From: Octopus vulgaris
Taxonomy: Eukaryota
Reading direction: 5' to 3'
NCBI GenBank assembly: GCA_951406725.2
Contig: OX597826.1
Span: 18,290,001 to 18,354,000, forward strand
DNA: 64,000 nt
In this document: one piece after another, positions 13,160-26,543 of the stretch
How the letters are laid out: the number at the start of each line of letters is the position of its first letter
Numbering within the stretch: position 1 is the stretch's first letter
The notes under the pieces: generated by a model
The model's database searches: none
The model's input: only the letters and a program-made list of their open reading frames with translations
Told to the model about the DNA's origin: nothing
Translations under genes and position numbers: made by a program

Positions 13160-13350
13160 TAGGGAGAGTTTATGAAAAAAAAACAAAAGACGACAGGTGG
13201 TGTACAAAACAAACAGATGTATTAGTATAACGCTCAGGAATAGAAAACGTCTTTTACATTTCGAGCCTACGCTCTTCTACAGAAAGGGACACAGAAAAAA
13301 TAAGGAGAGAAAAAAATGCATGTGGTGGCTAACAATCTATTATGGCAATT
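13160..13350 (-). repeat. Short TA-associated repeat with hammerhead-like motif; inverted copy at 49745-49932
   Basis: About 190 bp shared with 49745-49932 in opposite orientation; both abut (TA)n. Confidence 0.75.
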
Positions 13351-14224
13351 GGATTCGGACAGAAGGGTCACACACGAGAGCAAAGAAGTAGGGGAGATAA
13401 CAAAGTAAAGATGACCCGCCAACACGAAGGTGTGTGCGTGTATAAGAGAGTATGTATGTGCGTGTGAAAGAGGACTGGTGGTCTTGACATGTGTGTGTGT
13501 GTATGTGTAGGTGTGAAAATGTGGGGATGGGTGTGTAAGTGGTGTGTTGTGATGTGATGTGTAATGTTGTATGGTGTAGTGTGGTGTGATGTTGTTGGGA
13601 GGTGGGGGAGGCAAGAGTGGGGAAAGTACAGGTGGGGATGTGGGTTCAGCTGAGGGTTGGGGTAGAGTTGGGGTATTTCCACAAAAACATGCCTGCCCAT
13701 GGGAAATATTACCTTGCTTGGAAACAGGTGAGAGTTGGCAACAGGAAGGGCATCCAGCCATAGAAAATCTGCCTCAAAAATCATCTGACTAATACAAGCA
13801 TCGAAAAGTGGGCGTTAAATGAGGAATAGAATTGTAGAAAAAGTGGTAATAATGATAGTGTTTTGGAATGAGTAACAATGATAGTATGATAGTGTTAGCA
13901 ACGGTGTGAAACTGTAAATATATCGATTGATACAGTTACATGTTTCTGTTTTATCTTTTAAATAAAGGAATAAAGTTAGAAACTACAAAACGTTTTGTTG
14001 GGGGTGAGGATAATAAAATAGAAACAAAAGAATTTTGAAATATTAGCTAAAAAACAGTTATATAGAACTTACCAGAAAAGACAATAAACAAGTAGTAGTA
14101 GTAGTAGTAGTAATAGTAGTAAAAACCACAACAAAAATAGGCAGCATTAACAGGAATAATAGCAAAAATAATACCAATAAACATTAATAAAGATGACAGC
14201 AACAATACTAACAACAAAACCAAA

Positions 14225-14236
14225 ATAATAATAACG

Positions 14237-14302
<66 letters not shown>
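14225..14302. repeat. (AAT)n microsatellite
   Basis: Directly visible; a complementary (TAT)n tract lies at 60306-60372. Confidence 0.95.
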
Positions 14303-14304
<2 letters not shown>

Positions 14305-16567
14305 TAATAACAACAACAATATTAAAAAATAACAATAATAATAATAATTTCTTATTATCACCATTATTATTCATAATAAAAATAATAATAATGATGATAC
14401 TAATAATTACATATAGAGTTGTATTTTTTAAAAGCTTCTCATTGTCTGTCTGATAATCAATAAAGTTAAGAGAGGGATAAGTGGAGAAGGTGGAGGGGAG
14501 GAGGAGGTGAAGAAGTGGAGAAGGAGGAAAGGGAAGGAAGATAGATCATTACATAGAACTTACCCTCACCCCCCACCTTACACCTTGAGTACTTCAGATT
14601 TTTACAATTTAACTGCACATTCTTACCATGACCACCACCACCACCATTGTCGCCGCCTTCACAACCACTCATCCACCAAATCTCTCTAGATTACTATACC
14701 ACCACCACCACCACTACCACGCCACTCTCATACCACAATCCCCTCCCCCCACCTCATTTACCAGTGTCTCATCTCATCAACACCAAAACTATGTATATTA
14801 TACCCACCCCACCCACCCCGTCACCTACTCTACCCTGCCTCACCCTCTTACACATATTTTACATAACCGTCGCCACCAACCCTCTTTCACTAACAAAAAT
14901 TCACCAACACCCATAACTCCTCCTGCCACCCACCACCCCACAATCAGTGTCCACCACTCCTCTGTCTGCCCCACCTCACCCACACCACCCATTTGTTAAA
15001 CAAAATAGAGTAAAAGAAAACGGACTCTCTTGGCATTTGTAACACTGATACAGTAAATAGACATTGATGTACATTTTGTGGCTGATAATGGTAATAATGA
15101 TTTATTAATAATAATAATGATTTAGTTTATTGGCCACGAGGGCCAAACACAGTGGGGACAGAACAAGGATAAAATACCCAAAAAAAAACAATATTGAGTA
15201 AAAACAGGGAAATTAACAATATCGATGAAGAACAATAATAAATGAATAATAATAAAAAAGCATTAAGAAAATACCCCAAAATAGGTACCCTACTCAAAAC
15301 CCCAGATTATTCTGCTTAGTAGAGCTATGGAGGCTAAAATTGTCTTTCCTCATCATTCCTCAACACTCCCTGCTCTGTATCCATCCAGTGTATTCCCAGC
15401 TGCAGAAGACATCCACAAAACAGTAGAGAACAAATTTGAAATTTTACAGTTGAGCTCATAGAGTAGACCTTATCAGCCTTTGTAATTTACTACTTCAGTC
15501 CTTTCAACAGTTTGTATCTTCTGGTGAAAGTTGCAACAGAGCCTTAAGGTATGCAACAAAATTCACATTCTACAGTCTACAGTCTGTCATGTATTTCTCA
15601 TTAGCACCTGTATACATCTATTTAGAATATGGTAGAATGTAAGCTTTGTAGTCTGTCATTTGGACTTTATCATTTGAGCTTTTACTCTCTCCTGTTTCAG
15701 ATCTTGTACCTCATCATGCTGTAAAAATGGACAAGAGCCACACTCATTACAAACATATCAGATATAATGCTTTTTCCATCTACTTTAATCAATTAACTAG
15801 CTTCCCTTCTAGACAATTATTCTCTGTTGATTGTAGCAACAACAACAATTGTTTCTAATTTAGGCACAAGGCCAGCAGATTAGGTGGAGGGGTTTTGTCT
15901 ATTACAGTGACCCCAGTACCTAATTGATACTTTGTGTGCTTTATTGTGTTTCATCATAAGGGTGTTTCATCCTTATGATGAAAAGTAGATTTGGACAGGA
16001 ATTGAACTTGGAATGTAAAGAACTGGAAGAAATACCACAAGGTATTTCATTGGACACTCTAATGATTTTGGTAATAACAATAATGAACTTTAGCCATAAA
16101 GTCTTGAAGAGATTCAGAAAAATACAAAGAAAGGTTAACCAAGGGTTGATGAAAATTTTGAGTAGAACAGATAAGTTGTACAAAGACAAGGGAGGTGGGG
16201 GCAGTGAAAGATGATTTACAATGTACATAAACATATCAACATCATCATCATTGTTTTGATATCAACTTTTCCATGCTTGCATAGGTCAGATGGAATTCAT
16301 TAATGTGGATTTTTTATGACTGGATGCCCTCATCACCAATCCTCACCTGTTTTCAAATAAGATAATATTTCCCCATGACATGGAAGATTAGAAACAAAGG
16401 ACACCACTCACTTGATGGGGACATTCATTTACAGCTCTTGCATGATGTCAAGGCAAGTACACAGCAACACATGCATGCACATACATACACTAACACACAC
16501 ATATATATACATGCACATACATACACAATAATACATATATGTGCATGTATGCATGTGTGTGCATGTA

Positions 16568-16641
<74 letters not shown>

Positions 16642-16664
16642 TATGACAGAGAAATGCAATGCAA

Positions 16665-17075
16665 ATAAGAGCGGTGCAAGAATACAGCCTTGTTTTGTCC
16701 CCATTTGAGACTGTGAGTGAATCAGACTTTTCCCTGCTAGATCTGACAGAAGCCATCGTCCTTTGATGGAAACAAGGGATGACATTGAGTATCTTTTCAG
16801 GAACACCTAGATTTCTAGGGACAGCCCAAAGAGCATCCCTAGATATAGATTTGAAACCTTTAGCTAGACCTACAAAAGTGACAAAACGGTCTTGGTTGTA
16901 CCCACAAGTCTTATCCTGCAGCTGCCTTAGGCTAAAAATCATACCCTCTGTGCCTCCACCAGCCCAAAATCCACACTGAGATTCAGGCAACACAAAGCTA
17001 GCAAGGGTATCATTTAGTTTGTCTAAGATAGCCTTTCCAAAGGTCTTCTTGGCAACAGAGAAAAGGGTGATAACT
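16665..17075 (-). mobile_element. RTE (BovB-like) RT fragment, inverted 5' part
   Basis: LPESQCGF, MIFSLRQLQDK, FVGLAKGFKSISRDALW and GTKQGCILAPLLF. Confidence 0.85.
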
Positions 17076-17114
17076 CTATGGGTGTCACATTCATAGTTGT
17101 TAACTTTGTGCTTA

Positions 17115-17600
17115 TAAAGATGGATAATAGAAGCATCTTTAAACTGTGGTCAGGTCATGTCTCACATATGAATGATATCAGAATTCCAAAGCAACTTCTC
17201 TTTGGCCAGTTCCCAGCAGGAAGGTCAGTTGGAAGGCTACTCTTGTGCTTCAAAGACAAACTAAATGACAATCTGAGTGATGCAACATTCCCTTTTCTTC
17301 TTCCTGGGAAAACAAAGCACCAAACTGCAGAACCTGGCACCAGTTCTGCTTCTTCTCTGTTCAAAGATTTGAGCAAAGTCAACTCCAACATTGGGACCAA
17401 CTTTGAGCAAGCATGAAGAGATGCTTGCAAAATGCTGCTCCTCTAAATGGAAACCTTACTTGTCATTGTGCATGAAGCAAAGCAAGCCTTGCTGTCCACC
17501 CAAGAAAAAACATAGTAAATGATCCTCAAGCACTCAAGCAAACTGAGTCCTCAACTTGTTCCATTTGTCAAAAGGTTTGCAAGATACATTCATATCCATA
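17115..17600 (+). mobile_element. RTE (BovB-like) C-terminal/3' fragment
   Basis: LWSGHVSHMNDIRIPKQLLFGQFPAGRSVGRLLLCFKDKL, then Cys/His-rich TCSICQKVC. Confidence 0.8.
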
Positions 17601-18030
17601 GAACATGATTAACACTTTATTTTACTAAACCCTTATTTGTTGTTCATAAAGAGAATCCATCATATATATATATGTACACACATTAAAAACTCTCAGTACA
17701 CACTGTAAAATGTAAAGTGGTTGACATTAGGAAGGACATCCAGCTGTAGAAACTGAGCCAAATCAGACTGGAACCTGGTGCTGCTCTCTTGCTTGCCAGC
17801 CTGGTCAAACTGTTCAACCCATGCCAAAGGCATGGAAAACAGACATTTAAGGATGATGAAGATGATGATAAGGAGGATGATATATGATGGGCATTTTTCA
17901 GTTTTTGTCTACCAAATCTACTTAGGAAAAATACTTGCCTAAAGTGCCATGCAGTGAGATTGTACCTGAAGCGATGTAGTTTGGAAAGAAACTTCTTACC
18001 GCACTGCCATATCATGTATATGGGTATATA

Positions 18031-18938
18031 TGAGGCACAGTCAAAAAATATCTGACTTTATTTTTTCCTGTGTAAACTAATATTGTGTGTTGGAAATCCT
18101 TTGGGTGGGAGGTGATGCCACTCTTCCTGTGCAGGCAAGAAAATTTTGCACTGGTAGGCTGCATCAGTTCCTGGCTGTCACATCTAGAGTACAAACATGT
18201 AGTGTGTACTCATTGGATTTTCGTTTTCAGTGAATGTGTTGAGCTGAGATATTGCATCAAGTCTTGCCATAAGCTTGGTGATACTCAAGCTCAAACCATC
18301 CAGAAGATTCAGCAGGCCTTTGGTGATGATCCCATGGGGAAAACTCAGAGCAACCACTTCAAACGTGGACATACCTCAGTGGAGAGTGATGCATACTCAG
18401 GCAGGCTATCCACAAACCAAAATGAGGAGCTAATTGAGAAGATTGAGAAGATTCAGTGAATAGTTGTGGATAACTGTCGTGCAACAATCCAGGAAATTAC
18501 TTCTGAAGTGGGAAGAAGCACAGGAGCAGTGCATTCCATTTGAAGGTTTGTGCATGCAGAGAGTGTCTGTGAAACTTGTCCTCAATGTGCTAGCAGATCA
18601 GCAAAAGCAACTCCACATGGAAATTGCTCAGGACATGCAGGACTGAGCCAACCACAACCCAGGATTCACAATGACCATCATCACTGGTGATGTGACATGG
18701 GTTTATGGTCTCTATTTGACGCATTGGGTCATCTTACATGAAAACGAAAATCCAATGAGTGCACATTACATTTCTGTACTCTAGGCATAACTGCTGTGAA
18801 CTGACGCAGTCTACTAGCATGAAAAATTTCCCACAAACGCAGAAATGGTGGCATCACCTCCCACCCAAAGGATCTTGCTCACAAGGCATTAGTTTTTGGT
18901 GGGAAAACATAAGTCAGATACTTTCTCAACACACCCAG
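18031..18938 (+). mobile_element. Internally deleted mariner with degenerate TIRs
   Basis: ELRYCIKSCHKLGDTQAQTIQKIQQAFGD, SVESDAYSGR and IITGDVTWVYG. Ends aaatatctgacttta / taagtcagatactt, flanked by TA. Confidence 0.8.
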
Positions 18939-19069
18939 TATGTATATATATATACACATAATGTACTGTTCCGTGATATAAGATCAACACAAAAAAATGC
19001 TCCATCTGGTGAGAGATAAATGCTATTTAATAAACGCAGTATATGTTTTTATATGCTCATATTAGTTTC

Positions 19070-19860
19070 ATGTAATAAGAATGGATGAAGATAGTTGTGT
19101 GAAAAAGTGCCACACCCTAGCAGTTGAGGGAACCTGTGGAAGAGGTAGACCCAGGAAAACCTGGGACGAGGTGGTGAAGCACGACCTTTGCTCTTTAGGT
19201 TTCACCGAGGAAATGACCAGAGACCGAGACCTTTGGAAGTATGCTGTGCGTGAAAAGACCTGGCAGGACAAGTGAGGCCATAACCCGTGGCCTCTACCTG
19301 GGACTTAGTCAGTCTACCTGTGCATACCTGCCTTCTTGGGACACATAACTCTACTTGTGAAGACCTGTTGAGGCAAGTGAAAATCAAAATCGAAATCGAT
19401 CAACATCAATGGAATTTGTAGTTGTGATACCAGTGCTGGTGACACGTAAGAGAACCATCCGAACGTGGCCATAGCTAGCACCGAGTGCCGGTGGCACGTA
19501 AGTGAACCATCCGAACGTGGCCATAGCCAGCGCCACATCGACTGGCCTCATTGCCAGTGGCACGTAACAAACATCATCCGATCGTGACCGTTGCCAGCCT
19601 CGCCTGGCCTCCGTGCTGGTGGCACGTAAAAAGCACCATCCGAGTGTGGCCGTTTGCCAGCCTCGTCTGGCACCTGTGTCGGTGGCATGTAAAAAGCACC
19701 TACTACACTCACGCAGTGGTTGGCGTTAGGAAGGGCATCCAGCTGTAGAAACACTGCCAGATCTGACTGGCCTGGTGCAGCCTTCGGGCTTCCCAGACCC
19801 CAGTTGAACCATCCAACCCATGCTAGCATGGAAAGCGGACGTTAAACGATGATGATGATG
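19070..19860 (+). mobile_element. 5'-truncated RTE LINE: ORF C-terminus, 3' UTR with internal repeats and (GAT)n tail
   Basis: VEGTCGRGRPRKTWDEVVKHDL...RDRDLWKYAV; repeated gtgccggtggcacgtaa units; ends gttaaacgatgatgatgatg. Confidence 0.88.
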
Positions 19861-19949
19861 AAAGCATGTCAGACAGTATTTCTTAACATGACTGGCATGT
19901 ATTTATTGCATGAAACTAATAGTAGCACATAAAAACATATACTGTGTTT

Positions 19950-19993
<44 letters not shown>

Positions 19994-20499
19994 CACACAC
20001 GCACACACGTGCACACACACATACATACATACATGTGTGTATGAGTATGTACATATATGAATGATTGAAAATTATAGGGCACAAATATTTTCATTAAGAT
20101 TTTTTTAAAATAAAGTACACAATCATTATAACAAGACATAATTAAAAAGAAATAAGACATAAAAATTTTACTGGCCCCATGTCTCTGCCTTCCTGACATT
20201 GTTGTCTTGAGTAACCGAAGGCGTCTGTTAACATTTTTTGAGTAATTTGGAATAGGACTATTCCAGATCATTATATCTCTGATCTATTTTTTGCATGTTT
20301 ACTGTATTCCCAACCTAACAGCAACTGTTATTTTTATCTCTTTGGAATGCCACTGGCATCACAGATATGCAGTTCTATCAATTAGTTGTTAATTTGGTTC
20401 TGAAAGGAAGGTGATTCAGTTCTTCAGTCTCTGCTTGACCATTTTCATTATTTCTGAGGACAAATACTATTGTTGTTTTGTGAAAGCTATTCTTCCTCA

Positions 20500-21470
20500 C
20501 TTATTTGTGTTGGCTTTTCTGTGACCAAAACCTTACTCATTACACATTGATAGAATGGTGCTGCTTGGCTGCTGATGTAAAAGGATATGGTGCTTGCTCA
20601 TTGGTGTTTATTAGGACTATGAACAAGGTGATTTCTTCCACCATCCTGGATGTTGTATCTTTCGGTCCTCTCGAAAATGATTTTGTTGCATTTGTCACTG
20701 CTCCAGTTAGTCTTTGTTGCTTTCCTTTCTTGTTCTTCAAGTAAAGGTTACGAGGTGGTTCTTTCTACCACATATGCAGCAGCTAGGTATTTTTGTCTTG
20801 TATCACCAATCCCATGCCCTTTGTTTTGACAACCTCTACTACACACAATTCCAGTATGACTTTGTGGTCATCAGGCTTCATTAGGACTAGTAAATCCATT
20901 TCGACACCTCCTGATCCCATATCGTTTCTTGCCAACCTTGCTTTGATCCTCCACTCATGCTGCAGTTAAAAAACTCATGGTTACCCTTTATTTCTTTGTT
21001 CTATATACTGGGCTGAAATGGAAGTATATCAAAGATTTTCACCTATGTTTTGGCTGAGTCTTTAGTTTTTGTAGTAGAAGAGATGGCAAAAGTAAAATGC
21101 TCTTACTTTATGACAAATTTCAAACAGATAGGAAAACTGCTCTCCACTGGGATCAGAAAAGCTTATTGTAAGAAACTAAATGCTTACACTACTCTGGCCA
21201 GAATCTACTGACTCTCTGAATTCACTTCACACAGCATTTTGCTTTGTATGCCTGACAAAGAAAGAGGCAGACTGAATCACCTGCTTCTTGACATTACATC
21301 ACTTCCTCCTTCGTTTCCAGTCTTGATGTCTTCCTTCCTCCCTTGCTTCTGTTCCTGTCATCTCCCTTTCTCCCTTGCTTTTGGTCCTGATGTTTCCCTT
21401 TCTCCCTTGCCCCTGGTCCTGATATCTCCCTCCTCCTTTGCTTCTGGTCCTGCGGTCTCCACTTCTTCAC
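20500..21470 (-). mobile_element. Probable Tx1/L1 ORF1 (gag-like) relic
   Basis: Zinc-knuckle-like CCICGRKNHL near 20750-20785, paralleling CYICSKTGHL at 25.2 kb; purine-rich repetitive N-terminal region. Confidence 0.4.
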
Positions 21471-22803
21471 ACTTTTAAAAGTGCAACATGCAACACTTTC
21501 CTTTCCCAGTTGAGAAAATTTCTCTTAAAATATCCTTGGATGTTTGTTGTAATTATCGTTTAAATGGTAATTTTAATCCTTTCTAAAACATGGGGATATT
21601 ATTTTGTCTTTGCTCTCTCTTGGATTAGATCCTGTGACAAAGAAAAATAGTCTGCTTTTACAAAATTCTGCCAACTACTTTTTCCTCTCTGGTAACCGTG
21701 TTAAATCTAAAAATTCTGTCTGTGTTTTAAACAAGGTAAGACTAATTTTGAACACAGCAAAAATATGCCTAACCCTGTTCGAGTGTTGCTGTTTTTATTG
21801 CTGGTATCATTACTATCTTCAAAATTATTTGTTAGACTGTTAGAAATGTTTTTCTGATAATTTTTTATTAAGATATTCATTTTCTTCTTTTTATTGATTT
21901 GGTTATATATTTTGTTTTTGCATTGCTTTTTCACTTTGTTTGCTATTGCAATATTTTGTCTTATAACAAGTTTCTGGTAGCCATTCTGAATGTGAACATA
22001 TGGTTAACACATAAATGTAATAAGGTCTTTAAAAATATGGAATTTTGTTTTGTCTACCTCCCCCATTCCAGTGTTGGGACAGGCATTTCTCTGGTTATCA
22101 TAAATTTTAGTAAAGTTTTCAAAGATAATTTCATTTGGTGATGCCAAAAATAAGTTCTGATACAGAGAGAAAAAAATTACCTTCACACTGCAAGACTCAA
22201 TAATAATAATGATGATGATGATAATGTTTGTTATTTAGGCACAAGACCAGGAATTTTTAGAAGTTGGGGGTTTGTCAACACCAGCTCCACAATAATAGAC
22301 TGGTACTTTATTTAATCAACACTAAAAAGATGGAATGTAAAGTTGACTTTACAGGTATTTGAACTCAGTAGATATACCATAAGGCATTTTGTTCAATGTT
22401 CCAAGAATTTTGTCAAACCATGGGGCCAATTGCTTCTAGGATAATTAAAATCTTAAGGCATGTTAAAAGAGTTTATAATAATTTATTTTATTTGTCAAAA
22501 TAGTGAGGGATATGAACATTAAACAAATATTATAAGAATAGATTGCAAAAACAGTGTGGATTTATGCAAAATGGATAATTAGAAAACAAAAATAAAAAAA
22601 AGATTCACACTTATGTGGTTAAGAAGTTTACTTCACAACCATGAAATTTCTGACTCAATTTGCATGGCACCTTGGGGAAGTCTCTTCTACTACAACCCCA
22701 GTCAGTTAATGCCTTGTGAGTGAATTTGGTAGACAAAAACTGTGAGAAAGACCATTGTGCATTTGTGTATATACATAAATAGATACATACATACATACAT
22801 ACA

Positions 22804-22837
<34 letters not shown>

Positions 22838-23039
22838 CATGCATACATATATTCATACATACATACATACATACATACATACATACAAGTAACTGACCAC
22901 TGTCCCCTACTCCAACTATGGTAAACAGCAGGAACAACCGCAATGGTTATTGTAGCAGTAGTGGTAATCAGAATTATATGCTGGTGAAATGTACCCTAAC
23001 TGAAATTTTCCTAGGAAAAATAAGTTTGGCTTAGAGGTA

Positions 23040-24090
23040 CTCTCCCAAGGAGAGAGTATTCCCTACCAAAGTAAGTAAAAAAACTACCAGATACGATATT
23101 AAAAAGTTGTTAACGAAATTAGTGACGAGTATTTACAACAGTGTGATGAACCCAGATACTGGCAGATTAACACCTCCTAAGAAGCTCTGGCTACTACTGC
23201 AAAACAATGCATGAATGATATTCAAAAAGTAAACAAAACCGAAATAACAAAGAAAGTACCATCATGGGTTTTGAAGACAGAAAAAAAGATAACTGGCTTA
23301 TGGAAGACCATCAGTCATGTAATGATGCTTATTGCATGAAAACAACCAAATCGCAATATGTGTCACCAATAGAAAGTAAAGAAGATAGAAATGATGTTTG
23401 GAGGACACTCGCTTGCAAACTGATTGCCCTCAAGCAGGAGCTAAAAGCTGTTAGTGAAAACCTCCGACATCAGAAAGGAATAACCGAGAGAAGAACAATA
23501 AACAAAAAAATGTTACCGCAACCAAGAAGCAGTATACAGAGACATGAGAGGAGGAGCAGTAAACATTACGAAAGCTCCTTTACAAGAAGTCAGACTCCTT
23601 CTGAAGGAAAATCTGGAGTGAAGAGAAGGAATTTAACCAACATGCTCTGTGGCTGGAAGAAATACGAAAAAGTTATTGTTCTTGTATTACATCCAAGACA
23701 AACAACATTGATGGTGAAACTCTTGCAACTGTGATTCAGAAACTCCAGGACAGAAAAGTATCTGGAAGGACTTGATTGTTGGATATTGGTACAAGAAGCT
23801 AACATTTTACAGACCATATCTTATCAATCTGTACCAGCAAGCTTTTATTGGGAACAGTAGCATACCACACTGGTTAGCTCTGACAGAGAAAAAATTGATC
23901 CCCAAATGTAGAACCACCCACATGGCACAAAACTACCAGCCGATTGTATGCCAGAACTTAATGTATAAGATATATGTTTAAAATTCTTCCTCCAGGACTA
24001 TTGTGAAACCAATAACATCATCACAGCAGAACAAGCTGCTGGGAAGAAGAGAGTCTGGGGATGTGCCAAGCAATTGTTAATCAACAAAAA
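23040..24090 (+). mobile_element. R4/Dong-clade non-LTR RT N-terminal fragment
   Basis: IPHWL..LIPK..AQNYQPIVCQNLMYKIY and NNIITAEQAAGKKRVWGCAKQLLINK, matching the R4-type EQxG...GCxxQLLIxK motif. Confidence 0.75.
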
Positions 24091-24091
24091 A

Positions 24092-26150
24092 AAACATAGT
24101 GCCACATCATCAAGGATGGCACCCCAAGCCCACCACAGTGAGGGTGTTGACAGAAGATGGATTTTCTAACCAGCAGAACCTGACCCTTCCATAAAAACTG
24201 GAAAAGTAAGCGCTCCAATCTGGTTGGAGTTTTCTTAGGACAAGGTGTGACAGCTAGGCAGTAGTACAATACCAAAGTGATATATACATATGCTACTTCT
24301 GCCCGGCCTTACAGAGACAGCTTCCTTTCTGCCTATTTCTGGGTGAGCTTGGCCACCCTAATCACGACCACTTCCCAGTTCCTGACTACCTGGAGATCTA
24401 GTCCAAACCAGACTCCAAGTGCTTTTCACTGGACCCTCCATCCAGCGACAGAAATCACTGCTAGTCAACTTGCCTCTCCATGAGTTTAGTTGCAGACCTA
24501 CTCACTTGTCCTGGTTTACAAGTGCTCTTGTGAACTCCTGATTTTCTTTCAGTATAGTGTCAATCTTTTCCATGTCCAAAGAGTCTGACACCATGACAGT
24601 GACATCATCCACATATGCAGACACATCTCTCCTGTGACCCAGTTCTAGTGGGATACTCCTCAAATTCTCCATCCTTTACTGCTAGGGTTCTAAAGCTAAA
24701 ATATATAAAAGCGAAGAGAAGTTGCATCTTTGGCATATTGAGCATTCAATACTGAAAGATTCTAAGAGGTGGCTATTCAATTTGACAACCAAGCAGATGC
24801 CACTATATATTGTGGTGATCTAGCCTCTGAAGACAGGATTGAAACTGACAGCTTTTAGGACAGACACCAGGTAGTGGTGCTCCATCCTGTCAAAATTGGC
24901 TGCAGCAAAACTACTTAGTTTCATGCTCACAAACTTTTGGGATTTAGGGGTTACAAGTGTATTTTCTTTCCCCCTTTACCTTTTTGAGGGTCGCTCAATG
25001 ATCACCCACTTGGGTGGTTTTATTTCATTTGGGGCCCCTTCTATATCCAAGGAGTCAGTAAGATTTCCTATGACTTTATTTCCTCTCTGTTCCAGTGTTT
25101 GAAGTTGTGGTTGCCACTGCTTTCCTCTTTGGGATTTGGCATTGGGAATATTGAAGCAGCATGAGGTACCTCTCACGACTTCTCTACAGTGGGGTAGAAA
25201 GCTTTTAAATGGCCAGTTTTGCTACAGATGTAACATCTGAGTTTCCTACCCTCCACAGCCACCCACATCTGCTCACACCCTCCAAAACAGAAAATGTCCA
25301 GGATAGCATGAACTTCTTCTGGAGCAAACAAAACCTGGAACTCCATGGACATTCTTGTATTGTTTTGTTGGAGGCTTGATCATAAGCCTATCACCTCTCC
25401 ATGCTCCTCCTAGCATGGCCATTACTCTGGCCTGGTCCCTACGAGGAGGTATGTCTAAGACCCTGACCCTGGTCACACTAAGTCCCATGTATAAAGGGAG
25501 AATCACATAATGGTAAAAAAAGCAGGTCATTGTAGCTATCCTACCTGCTTCCTTTTCATTGCTACAGATAGCTGCCATGGTCCCATATTGTTTTCCTCAA
25601 CATACATAAACTACGTAAGGCCACACCTCCTCCAGGCATTTTTCTATTTCAGCTGGGGAAGAGTATAGCGGCTTTTTCTTTCTGCAATTAATGCACTTAT
25701 AAATTATCATTCTCTTTTTGGTGGAAATCCTTTCCTCTTCTGGGAGAACCATGATGATGGGTCGAATAATATCTTTCTGACATTTTTTAACCGCCTCCTC
25801 TATTCCTTGCAAAGAATGAGTGGTCTGTATATTCGGATGTGTATCCTTGTTACTGTTGATGCTGTTGTAGCAGTCAGCAGCAGTTTTGTTGATGCTGATA
25901 CTGCTGCTGATGGTTTTGTTACTACTATTATTGTTGTTGATGTTGTTCTTGCTGATGTCGTTATTGTTGTTGCTGGAGCAGTCATGGGTCATGCTGGTGT
26001 TATTGATCTTGTTTTGGCTGTTGGTGATGTTGGTGGTGATGGTGCTGGTGTTGGTGGCGATGTTATTGTCTGTAGGTTCTTTACAAAAGTCAAAGGGCGT
26101 GGTGACCTATACGCTTGGTTGACTGCTATAACAGGAGGGAGCAGATACAT
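24092..26150 (-). mobile_element. Tx1/L1-clade LINE relic: ORF1 zinc knuckle plus partial RT
   Basis: AVEGRKLRCYICSKTGHL (~25200-25260), FDRMEHHYL, SAYVDDVTV and LERLLFQFLWKG...GGLGVP. Confidence 0.8.
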
Positions 26151-26264
26151 TTTCACCGGTGGGATTAGTCATTAAAGCATTTTAATTTATTAACTTGAAG
26201 AGGCAAGAGATTAAGTTGATTAATTAAGATTTGGATAGGTAGTAGATTGGCATAAACTTTAAAC

Positions 26265-26543
26265 CAATGGTTCTCAACTGGGGTCCACACAAGCAAAATG
26301 GTAAGTTGGGGATCCACAGTAGTATTTTATGGGTCTGTGAAAACGTTTTGCTTTAGAGGTATTTATTGGAAGAAACAAGATTTATTTCTCTAACCTACAT
26401 AAGTTAATGTACGAAAAACAAAATAGGAATTTTAAAGCCATAAATATAAAACTATTTTTTAAACTCTGAATGGCTTTGGGGGCCCATCAGAGTGAAATAG
26501 TAACCAAAGGTGACTATAGATAAAAAATGGTTGAGAACCACCA
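26265..26543. mobile_element. hAT (Charlie-type) MITE
   Basis: TIRs caatggttctcaac / gttgagaaccacca with an 8-bp TSD ctttaaac / ccttaaac (7/8 match). Confidence 0.8.
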
